This document shows positions 40,347 through 53,608 of a DNA stretch of 64,000 nucleotides, in pieces. The notes under the pieces are model-generated. The model searched no databases. It was not told the origin of the DNA and saw nothing but the letters and a program-made list of their open reading frames with translations. Location: assembly GCA_964016885.1 (NCBI GenBank), contig OZ024766.1, forward strand, positions 3,472,001 to 3,536,000, given 5' to 3'. How positions within the stretch are numbered: position 1 is the first letter of the stretch; every line of letters begins with the position of its first letter. The stretch comes from Eledone cirrhosa (taxonomy: Eukaryota). The position numbers and the translations under genes are program-made.

Positions 40347-43300
40347 GTCTGTCTGTCTATCTGGGCGCCTGGCACACCGAGTGTGCCCAGGCGCTCACGG
40401 CTCTCTGGCAGGCGGACCCGGCTGTCAGTCGAGAATCCACCTCGTCATTCTATAGAGGGCTGGTGGTTAGCAGGTGCGACGACGCCCTCGGAGAAGCCCT
40501 AGGCATGGAGGAAGACGAACTGGCCAACCTGTTCGGTAGGACATTCAGCCCGGGACCCATGGATAACTTCCAGAGGTCCCTGGCCTAGCAATGCTACAGA
40601 AGGGCTCTGCCAGTTCGAGAAAGGCTCTACAGACACGGGCGCCCGGGTAGGGACCCATCGAAAAAGATGTCCCAGATGCGTGTGCGACGAGGAAACCGTT
40701 GCACACGCATTGGTACACTGTTCGGGCATTGCCGATCTGTGGGGCTATGTCGAACAACTGCTGTCAAGGGTGGGACCGATCCGGTTGACCACCGAGTCTA
40801 TTGTAACGATCAAGCCGCCTCCCCTCTTCAAAAACGAAGGAGAGGCGGTGTTTCTGTGCGTAATAGCCATGGCGAAAGAGGTTGTATGGTGGACGCGTCT
40901 GAAAGGACTGAGGTCAGACACCTTTCTCTCTGGCCAACAACTGGTCCGTTTCTTCCGATATCATTTCGGAAGAAGGATCAGGATGGAGAGAGAGGTGCTG
41001 CACCCCAGCCGTTTCTATGAAAGATGGGTGAAAGTGGCGAGAATGGCCCGTGTGAATGGGCCTTCACTCTACATCAGACTATAGGTGAGGAAGATGAAAG
41101 ACCAAGGGAGCACCCCTTCTCTGTGCTCCTGAGGAGAAGGGTTGCACACTTTTTTCGGGGGTGTGTGCGACCCCCCAAGGCGCCTCCTCTCTATTGAGGA
41201 CTTTGTTATAAATTTTATTTTTTGTTATATTTTATTTTATTTTTATATATTGTTATTGCCTCCTCCTTATTGAGGACGCCTTGTTTTGTAAACTCCCCCC
41301 ATTGTACTTGTCCCACTTTTGATGCCCTGGTGGCAAATAAAAGAAATATATCTATCTATTTATCTACATATGTGCTGCCATCTGTTGGTGCACTACAGAA
41401 ATAGTCCAGAAACTTTCTGATACCACCTCGTATATATTCTTTTGATAAACTCCAACAAACTGACTGACCCCAAAAGGGTTAACCCCTTTTTTTCAGGTGT
41501 ATAAAGACTATTGTAATCCCACTATCTTTATTGAGGCTGGGGTTCATGCTAGGGAATGGATAGGTATTGCAGTGAGCCTAAAAATCATCAAATACGTAAG
41601 TATCAACTGCTCCCATCCTTATCAGTAGATTTAAACTCCCTCTCCTTTCTTATTTTGCTATCTATATATAAAATTCTGCGATTCTGTCATAACACGTAAA
41701 GAGAAAGGGGAGTAGTTTGACTGCCTCATACTACTCCTCTTTCTTTACATCTGCTGCCTGCGTGAATGTATCATCATCATCATCGTTTAGCGTCCATCTT
41801 CCACGCTAGCATGGGTCTGGACGGAAATTGTCCCACTTGAGGCAAGAGTGGTTGTCTTGCTCGTATAGGACTGTCTGGCGGGTTTTCTACGGCTGGATGC
41901 CCTTCCTAACACCAACCACATTTACAGTGTGGACTGGGAGGTTTTTACCGTGTTACCTACACGGCCACATTACAGTGTGGACTGGGAGGTTTTTACCGTG
42001 TTACCTACACTACCACATTACAGTGTGGACTGGGAGGTTTTTACCGTGTTACCTACACGGCCACATTACAGTGTGGACTGGGAGGTTTTTACCGTGTTAC
42101 CTACACTACCACATTACAGTGTGGACTGGGAGGTTTTTACCGTGTTACCTACACGGCCACATTACAGTGTGGACTGGGAGGTTTTTACCGTGTTACCTAC
42201 ACGGCCACATTACAGTGTGGACTGGGAGGTTTTTACCATGTTACCTACACGGCCACATTACAGCGTGGACTGGGAGGTTTTTACCGTGTTACCTACACGG
42301 CCACATTACAGCGTGGACTGGGAGGTTTTTACCGTGTTACCTACACGGCCACATTACAGTGTGGACTGGGAGGTTTTTACCGTGTTACCTACACGGCCAC
42401 ATAACAGCGTGGACTGGGAGGTTTTTACCGTGTTACCTACACGGCCATGTAAAAAGAAGGAAGGGGATCTATCTGTCTATATATATATAAATTTCTGCGA
42501 TTCTGTCACAACACGTAAAGAGAGAGAAGAGTTGTATACACTTAACCCTTTAGCACTTACATTACTCTCTATATATATAGAGGGCGGTGAATTGGCAGTA
42601 TCGGTAGAGGGTTGGACGCCATGTTTTCTAGCATAGTTACGTCCCTTTTCAGTCTGAGTTCAAATCCCGCCGAGGTTAACTTTGCCTTTCATCCTTAAGG
42701 GGTCGATAAAATAAAGTACCAGTAATGTACTGGGTAATTGCTGGCCTTGTGCCTAAAGTAGAAACAATTACTCTCTATATATATATACTATTATGAAGGT
42801 TTTACCTCACATAATATTGACTCTATGAGATTTTGATGTTATTTATTTTGAGAACAATACCTTAACATCAGTATGAGTCACCAGTTATGGCTGGTTTGAA
42901 CAGAAAGAGGTGAGTGAATTCTGGCCAGATATGGCTGGTTTAAACGCTAAAAGGTTAATTCAGACATCTGCTTCAGTGGGACTCCATTCACATGCAGAGT
43001 GCACTGCGAAACCTTCCTTGAGAGGAAGGTTTTGCAGCACTGATTTTTATTGCTGCATCATCGCCTGCAATTCTTGCTCTTAATTCAGGCCCCTGTCTTC
43101 CATCACTCATGAACATGGCCCCACAAGATACTTAAACTTCTCTACCTGCTTCAGTAGAACTCCCTCTACATGTCGAGTGAGTTAATCCAGCCCCTGTCTT
43201 CCATCACTCATGAACATGGCCCCACAAGATACTTAAACTTCTCTACCTGCTTCAGTAGAACTCCCTCTACATGTCGAGTGAGTTAATCCAGCCCCTGTCT

Positions 43301-45014
43301 TCCATCATTCATGAACATGGCCCCACAAGATACTTAAACTTCTCTACCTGCTTCAGTAGAACTCCCTCTACATGTCGAGTGAGTTAATCCAGCCCCTGTC
43401 TTCCATCACTCATGGACATGGCCCCCCAAGATACTTAAACTTCTCTACCTGCTTCAGTAGAACGCCCTCTACATGTCGAGTGATTAATCCAGCCCCTGTC
43501 TTCCATCACTCATGAACATGGCCCCCCAAGATACTTAAACTTCTCTACCTGCTTCAGTAGAACTCCCTCTACATGTCGAGTGAGTTAATCCAGCCCCTGT
43601 CTTCCATCACTCATGAACATGGCCCCCCAAGATACTTAAACTTCTCTACCTGCTTCAGTAGAACTCCCTCTACATGTCGAGTGAGTTAATCCAGGCCCCT
43701 GTCTTCCATCACTCATGGACATGTCCCCCCAAGATACTTAAACTTTTCTACCTGCTTCAGTAGAACTCCCTCTACATGTAGAGTGAGTTAATCCAGCCCC
43801 TGTCTTCCATCACTCATGAACATGTCCCCCCAAGATACTTAAACTTCTCTACCTGCTTCAGTAGAATGCCCTCTACATGTTGAGTTCATTGCAGAGGCCT
43901 CTTTGAACGGACGACTGCCTTAGGACTGATTTTCATTCATTTCAGTCATGCAGTACTTGGCAGCAAACCTATCAAGTGCATGCGGAGATCACCGTCTGAC
44001 AAGTTAAGTAGTACCATGTCACCTTTATGTCTATTTTGGGTATTTCAGATGGCTGAAAACAGCAGTCAAGACCCAGAGTTGGCGAAAATACTGGACAGAT
44101 ACAATTGGGTGATTGCGCCCCTTGTCAACCCCGATGGTTATGAATATGCTTACAAGAAGGTAAGTTGTTGTTGTTTAGCCCTGATTAGGTCTACGGGAGA
44201 CATGGTCACCCGACCAATCTTCCCTGAAGTGGGACTATTCCCGTCTAAACCCATGCTAGCGTGAAAGATCGACATTAAACGATGATGATGATGATGATAG
44301 CATGGGTTAGACGGTTTTGTCCCATATATATATATATATATGTTTCTCTCACCTTCTTTCGCCCCCTCTGTCAGTTACACTTTCTATCGACTGGCCCCTT
44401 CCTCGCACTTCCACTCACTCACTCTCTGTTTCTCCCCTTCTCACTTCCTCCCGTTTGGCCTGGAGTGGGTTCTCTTCTTGCTCACATCTCACTCACGTCG
44501 GATGGTCTGTATCTCGCTCGCTCATGAAATCCACCCAGCTTAAGCTGACCGGATCCCCATGCTGCTTGTTTTTTCCTATATTTGCGTTGCTATCCTTCCC
44601 TGTTGTTTACTGTCTCGCTCGCTTTACGCGATTTACTTGTCCCAATAGCTTTATTTAGCTATTGCTCGCACCAACTGGAGGTATATGATTTTTAAAGCGA
44701 TGAAATACCAATGAAGGTTGGAAAATCACTGACGAAGGACTATTTTTATCATATGTAACCCATGCAGTATTCTTTCTTCTCATGTTTTTATATATATATA
44801 TATATGTGAAGTAATTCCGTCGGAAAAGTCCAGGAAAAAAGAGTGCTCTATGTAGGTAACAGAGCTTAATAGTTATGTAATAAACAACATAAGGCAATTA
44901 TTCCATTTACCAGTGGTTTCTTAAAAGCAAAAGATTTTGAGGATTGAAAGCAAAATCTTTTGCTTTTAAGAAACCACTGGTAAATGGAATAATTGCCTTA
45001 TTTTGTTTATTACA

Positions 45015-45054
<40 letters not shown>

Positions 45055-45567
45055 ATCAAAAGATGGTTAAAAGAGTTCCATGTATTTTATTATGCGCATT
45101 TCAAAAACAAATATCATCATGCAATAATATTTGTGTTTTCATCAGATAAAATAGGAAGACATGATATGAAGGTTAAAACACACTTGTGAATAGTGCAGTT
45201 TTAAATCAACATATGAAAAGTAGTTTTAGATTGATGTGTGATATTGGGGAAACCCCCCCTCAAAAAAAATGTTGCCCCAATATCACACATCAATCTAAAA
45301 CTACTTTTCATATGTTGATTTAAAACTGCACTATTCACAAGTGTGTTTTAACCTTCATATCATGTCTTCCTATTTTATCTGATGAAAACACAAATATTAT
45401 TGCATCATGATATTTGTTTTTGAAATGCGCATAATAAAATACATGGAACTCTTTTAACCATCTTTTGATCTTATATATTATGTATACTCCAGTCCTACAA
45501 ACTGTAGAGTGCTTCTTATCCGATATCTGCATTGCTTTATTGTACTACAATAAAACTCACCTCCTAC

Positions 45568-45603
<36 letters not shown>

Positions 45604-48600
45604 GTATATAGGGACGAGTAGGACCCCGACGGCTGAGCTCAAGCCGTCGAAACGGCTTGAGCTCAGCCGTCGGGGTCCTACTCGTTCCTATTACCCACTC
45701 TACTACCCTAAGTATTGAGTACTTTGGTGCGTTATGGTCCACCTGGTCCCTTACCACATTTCATTCGTTATATATATGTATATATATATATATATATACA
45801 CACATATATATTCCAGGACCGACTTTGGAGGAAGAACAGAAATCCTGTCTCAGAAAACTGCATTGGTGTTGACATAAACAGGAACTTCAATATTAGCTGG
45901 GGTACAGGTATGTAGACAGATGCATTGTGGGATTGTTGCTACTTCAACGGTCATTCAGTGGTCAGACAGTGGCCATGCTGGGGCACCACCAGTCACTAGG
46001 CTGTGGCCATGCTGGGGCACCACCAGTCACTAGGCTGTGGCCATGCTGGGGCACCACCAGTCACTAGGCTGTGGCCATGCTGGGGCACCACCAGTCACTA
46101 GGCTGTGGCCATGCTGGGGCACCACCAGTCACTAGGCTGTGGCCATGCTGGGGCACCACCAGTCACTAGGCTGTGGCCATGCTGGGGCACCACCAGTCAC
46201 TAGGCTGTGGCCATGCTGGGGCACCACCGGTCACTAGGCTGTGGCCATGCTGGGGCACCACCAGTCACTAGGCTGTGGCCATGCTGGGGCACCACCAGTC
46301 ATTAGGCTGTGGCCATGCTGGGGCACCACCAGTCACTAGGCTGTGGCCATGCTGGGGCACCACCAGTCACTAGGCTGTGGCCATGCTGGGGCACCACCAG
46401 TCACTAGACTGTGGCCATGCTGGGGCACCACCGGTCACTAGACTGTGGCCATGCTGGGGCACCACCGGTCACTAGGCTGTGGCCATGCTGGGGCACCACC
46501 AGTCACTAGGCTGTGGCCATGCTGGGGCACCACCGGTCACTAGGCTGTGGCCATGCTGGGGCACCACCAGTCACTAGGCTGTGACCATGCTGGGGCACCA
46601 CCAGTCACTAGGCTGTGACCATGCTGGGGCACCACCAGTCACTAGGCTGTGACACTTAGGTTTGAAGACACGACAAAAGTTCGTTGCAATGAGTTGTGAA
46701 ACACTTGGACCTGAATGAAAGCTGGATGTTGAGCATGTCCACCCAGCTTTACTAATGGTTTCCAATTTAAATACAAGGCCAGAAATTTGGGAGAAAAGAC
46801 AAGTCGATTTTCTTGAAAAACGACGGAAAATCGACGGAAAGTAGACGGGAACTAAACGGAACTAGCCGGAAAATAGACGGAAACACGACGGGAAATCGAC
46901 GGAAAATAGACGGAAAATCGAAGGAACATCGACGGAAAATAGACGGAAAATCGACGGAAAATAGACGGAAAATAGACGGAAAATAGACGGAAAATCGAAG
47001 GAAAATCGACGGAAAATAGACGGAAAATAGACGGAAAATCGACGGAAAATCGACGGAAAATAGACGGAAAATAGACAGAAAATCGAAGGAAAATCGACGG
47101 AAAATAGACGGAAAATCGACGGAAAATAGACGGAAAATAGACGGAAAATCGACGGAAAATAGACGGAAAATAGACGGAAAATAGAAGGAAAATCGACGGA
47201 AAATAGAAGGAAAATCGACGGAAAATCGAAGGAAAATCGACGGAAAATAGACGGGAACTAAACAGAACTAGCCGGAAAATAGACGGAAGATAGACGGATA
47301 TTCGACGGATACCGACGGAAAATAGACGGAAAATCGACGGAAAATAGACGGAAAATAGATGGAAAATAGACGGAAAATAGACGGAAAATCGAAGGAAAAT
47401 CGACGGAAAATAGACGGAAAATCGACGGAAAATAGACGGAAAATAGACGGAAAATAGACGGAAAATAGACGGAAAAAAGACGGAAAATAGACGGAAAATC
47501 GAAGGAAAATCGACGGAAAATAGACGGAAAATCGACGGAAAATAGACGGAAAATCGAAGGAAAATCGACGGAAAATCGACGGAAAATAGACAGAAAATCG
47601 AAGGAAAATCGACGGAAAATAGACGGGAACTAAACAGAACTAGCCGGAAAATAGACGGAAGATAGACGGATATTCGACGGATACCGACGGAAAATAGACG
47701 GAAAATCGACGGAAAATAGACGGAAAATAGACGGAAAATAGACGGAAAATAGACGGAAAATCGAAGGAAAATCGACGGAAAATAGACGGAAAATCGACGG
47801 AAAATAGACGGAAAATAGACGGAAAATCGACGGAAAATAGACGGAAAATAGACGGAAAATAGACGGAAAATCGAAGGAAAATCGACGGAAAATAGACGGA
47901 AAATCGACGGAAAATAGACGGAAAATAGACGGAAAATCGAAGGAAAATCGACGGAAAATAGACGGAAAATAGACAGAAAATCGAAGGAAAATCGACGGAA
48001 AATAGACGGGAACTAAACAGAACTAGCCGGAAAATAGACGGAAGATAGACGGATATTCGACGGAAAACCGACGGAAAATAGACGGAAAATCGACGGAAAA
48101 TCGACGGAAAATAGACGGAAAATAGACGGAAAATAGACGGAAAATCGAAGGAAAATCGACGGAAAATAGACGGAAAATCGACGGAAAATAGACGGAAAAT
48201 AGACGGAAAATCGACGGAAAATAGACGGAAAATAGACGGAAAATAGACGGAAAATCGAAGGAAAATCGACGGAAAATAGACGGAAAATCGACGGAAAATA
48301 GACGGAAAATAGACGGAAAATCGAAGGAAAATCGACGGAAAATAGACGGAAAATAGACAGAAAATCGAAGGAAAATCGACGGAAAATAGACGGGAACTAA
48401 ACAGAACTAGCCGGAAAATAGACGGAAGATAGACGGATATTCGACGGATACCGACGGAAAATAGACGGAAAATCGACGGAAAATAGACGGAAAATAGACG
48501 GAAAATAGACGGAAAATAGACGGAAAATCGACGGAAAATAGACGGAAAATCGACGGAAAATAGACGGAAAATAGACGGAAAATCGACGGAAAATAGACGG

Positions 48601-51600
48601 AAAATAGACGGAAAATAGACGGAAAATCGAAGGAAAATCGACGGAAAATAGACGGAAAATCGACGGAAAATAGACGGAAAATAGACGGAAAATCGAAGGA
48701 AAATCGACGGAAAATAGACGGAAAATAGACAGAAAATCGAAGGAAAATCGACGGAAAATAGACGGGAACTAAACAGAACTAGCCGGAAAATAGACGGAAG
48801 ATAGACGGATATTCGACGGAAAACCGACGGAAAAAAGACGGAAAATCGACAGAAAATAGAGGGGAACTAAACGGAACTAGACGGAAAATCGACGGAAACC
48901 CGACAGAAAATCGACGGAAAATAGACGGAAAATCGAAGGAAAATCGACGGAAAATAGAAGGAAAATCGACGGAAAATAGACGGAAAATAAACGGGAAATC
49001 GAGGTGAAATCGACGGAAAATAGATGCAACTAGTCGGAAATAGCTGGAAATAGCCGAAGATAGCCGGACATACCCGGAAATACCCGGTAATAACCGAAAA
49101 TATCGGAAATTATCCGGGAATAGCCGGAAGTGACCGGAAATAGCCGGAAATACCCGGAGATAGCCGGAAATAACCGGAAATACCCGAAAATAGCCGGAAA
49201 TACCCGGAATTACCCGGAAATACCCGGAATTACCCGGAAATACCCGGAAACACCCGAAAATGACCGGAAACACCCGGAAGTAGCCGGAAACACCCGAAAA
49301 TAGCCGGAAATACACGGAAATACCCGGAAATTACCGAAAATAGCCGGAAACAGCCGAAAATACCCGGAAACACCCGGAAACACCCGTAAATAGACGGAAA
49401 TACACGGAAATACTCGGAAATGATCGAAAATAACCGGAAATACCCGGAAATAGCCGAAAATACCCTAGACTGTGGCCATGCTGGGGCACCACCAGTCATT
49501 AGGCTGTGGCCATGCTGGGGCTCCACCAGCCACTAGGCTGTGGCCAAGCTGGGGCACCACCAGTCATTAGGCTGTGGCCATGCTGGGGCACCACCAGCCA
49601 CTAGACTGTGGCCATGCTGGGGCACCACCAGTCATTAGGCTGTGGCCATGCTGGGGCACCACCAGCCACTAGACTGTGGCCATGCTGGGGCACCACCAGT
49701 AATTAGACTGTGGCCATGCTGGGGCACCACCAGCCACTAGACTGTGGCCATGCTGGGGCACCACCAGTCATTAGGCTGTGGCCATGCTGGGGCACCACCA
49801 GCCACTAGACTGTGGCCATGCTGGGGCACCACCATGTTTAGGGCCCAGCCTATACTGTTAAATATCCATCTGCTGGGGCCCTTCTATAGATCTATTGTGT
49901 TTTCTCTTCCACGCATATATCAGGTGATAGCAGCCGTGATCCTTGCAGGGAGACCTACTGTGGCTCAGAGCCCTTGTCAGAGCCAGAAACCCGTTCTTTA
50001 AGGAACTTAATAAAATCTTCACACCCCCTGATTGCTTACATTTCTTTGCACTCCTTCTCCCAGATGATCATGACCCCTTATTCCTACACAGAAAAGCAGC
50101 CAGATGACTATAGAGAACTGGTAAGTAAACTGCTGTTTCATATCAGCACAGGACGGTACAAATGGGCATTTCTGCTCATTTGTACCACCCTGTGCTGTCC
50201 TTAACCCTTTAGCATTTACATTACTCTATATATACTATTGTATTTTCACAGTAAAGGCTTTACCTCACATAATATCTCACATAACATTTACATTACTCTA
50301 TATATACTATTGTATTTTCACAGTAAAGGCTCTACCTCACATAATATCTCACATAACATTTACATTACTCTATATATACTATTGTATTTTCACAGTAAAG
50401 GCTTTACCTCACATAATATCTCACATAACATTTACATTACTCTATATATACTATTGTATTTTCACAGTAAAGGCTCTACCTCACATAATATCTCACATAA
50501 CATTTACATTACTCTATATATACTATTGTATTTTCACAGTAAAGGCTTTACCTCACATAATATCTCACATAACATTTACATTACTCTATATATACTATTG
50601 TATTTTCACAGTAAAGACTTTACCTCACATAATATCTCACATAACATTTACATTACTCTATATATACTATTATATTTTCACAGTAAAGGCTTTACCTCAC
50701 ATAATATCTCACATAACATTTACATTACTCTATATATACTATTGTATTTTCACAGTAAAGACTTTACCTCACATAATATCTCACATAACATTTACATTAC
50801 TCTATATATACTATTATATTTTCACAGTAAAGGCTTTACCTCACATAATATCTCACATAACATTTACATTACTCTATATATACTATTGTATTTTCACAGT
50901 AAAGGCTTTACCTTACATAATATCTCACATAACATTTACATTACTCTATATATACTATTGTATTGTCACAGTAAAGGCTCTACCTCACATAATATCTCAC
51001 ATAACATTTACATTACTCTATATATACTATTGTATTGTCACAGTAAAGGCTTTACCTCACATAATATCTCACATAACATTTACATTACTCTATATATACT
51101 ATTGTATTTTCACAGTAAAGGCTTTACCTCACATAATACCTCACATAACATTTACATTACTCTATATATACTATTGTATTTTCACAGTAAAGGCTTTACC
51201 TCACATAATACCTCACATAACATTTACATTACTCTATATATACTATTGTATTGTCACAGTAAAGGCTTTACCTCACATAATACCTCATATAACATTTACA
51301 TTACTCTATATATACTATTGTATTTTCACAGTAAAGGCTTTACCTCACATAATATCTCACATAACATTTACATTACTCTATATATACTATTGTATTGTCA
51401 CAGTAAAGGCTTTACCTCACATAATACCTCACATAACATTTACATTACTCTATATATACTATTGTATTGTCACAGTAAAGGCTTTACCTCACATAATATC
51501 TCACATAATATTTACATTACTCTATATATACTATTGTATTTTCACAGTAAAGGCTTTACCTCACATAATATCTCACATAACATTTACATTACTCTATATT

Positions 51601-51613
51601 TACCATTATATTT

Positions 51614-51668
<55 letters not shown>

Positions 51669-51751
51669 CATCTAAGGTATATATCAACCCCCACTTTCCT
51701 TGTCTTTTGTATTGTCCCCTATATGTCAGCCCTTGTGGCCAATAAAGGAAA

Positions 51752-51784
<33 letters not shown>

Positions 51785-53563
51785 CATATTCCCCTAAAAC
51801 TTTCTTCTCCAGTTAGAAGTTGCCAAGGATGTACAAAGGGTCATCAAGAATTTGACAGGGTTTTATTACCAAGTCGGAAGGACGGCCAATATAATGTGTA
51901 AGCCTTCCATATATGAGTTTGCTTCTTTTGTATATCGTGGGGCAGGGTGTAGCGCTGTAGCAGGGGGAGGTTGGGCTTTCTATAGTTAGTATTGTTATTT
52001 TGGTTGTTGTTAAATATATAACATACATATATAAAATAAAGTTAAATAAAAGTCAAATGATTAAAATTTAGCTTCGTTTATTACTGCTATATATATTTCA
52101 GTGACAGCCATCTTTGGCTGTGACCTCTTCAGGCAGTTTGAATTAGTATGGTATAGAAAAGTACATATGTTATTTAGGTGTATGATATTGTCAATACTCA
52201 GTGAAATAACAACCCAACCAGGAACTGGGCATATCAGAGTATTGACAATATTATACACCTAAACAACATATGTACTTGTCTATACCACACTAATTCAAAC
52301 TGCCTGAAGAGGTCACAGCCAAAGATGGCTGTCACTGAAATATATATAGCAGTAATAAACGAAGCTAAATTTTAATCATTTGACTTTTATTTAACTTTAT
52401 TTTACACTACTCCGGAGTAACCAAACCAACCTGCGCACTTCGTCGAGTGCTCCAGCCTGCATACTGAGGTGTTGGTATACAACCAACATAAACTCAAAAT
52501 CTAACATACATATATACATAGATACATACACACATACATGATGGCTGCCCCCTCGTTATCGAGTATGGCCAAAGCACGAAAAAAAAACACAAAAAAAAAC
52601 AACATAATAATGACAATAATAATAATTATTGTTTCTACTTTTGGCACAAGGCCAGCAATTACCCAGTGTATTACTGGTACTTTATTTTATCGACCCCCGT
52701 AAGGATGAAATACAAAGTTAACCTCGGCAGGATCTGAACTCAGATCATAAAGGGCCGTAACTCTATGCTGCAAAGCATGGTGTCCGACGCCCTACCGATA
52801 CTAATAATTGTTTCTGCTTTTGGCACAAGGCCAGCAATTACCTCCAGTGTATTACTGGTACTTTATTTTATCAACCCTGTAATAATTGTTTCTACTTTTG
52901 GCACAAGGCCAGCAATTACCCCAGTGTATTACTGGTACTTTATTTTATCGACCCCGTAAGGATGAAAGGCAAATAATAATATATATATGAAGGCACATGG
53001 CTTAGTGGTTAGAGCATTGGCCTTGCAATCGAAAGGTTGTGAGTTCAATTCTGAGACCGGGTGATGTGTTGTTTCCTTGAGCAAGACACTTTATTTCACA
53101 TTGCTCTAGTTTACTCAGCTGTAGAAATGAGATGATAGGGACTGGGGTCCCTATCATTCCACTGCAAAGTGGTCGTGGAGGTGCCACGGCAAAAAAGCAC
53201 CCAGCACTCACTGTAAAGTGGTCGTGGGGGTGCCACGGCAAATAAGCACCCGAAAAAAAGAAAAGATCAACACCATCGGTAGCTACTGAGCCGCAGGTTT
53301 TATATCGGAGTTATCGCAGTTTCCTGAGTTGCCTTCTCCTAGAAGAATGCCCTGACAAAGGCTAGGGGTCCTTCACTCCCAGTGGTTTAACCGTGCGATC
53401 GAGTCTCCAGCCCGATTACTTCTATGTCCCCACACATATATACACACATGCATACATGCATATTTACACATTTTTGGATGGTCATTTGGATGATCATCAT
53501 CACCATCATCATCATTTAACGTCTGTTTTCCCTGCTAGCGAGGGCTGGAGGGGGTCTACAAAG

Positions 53564-53608
<45 letters not shown>

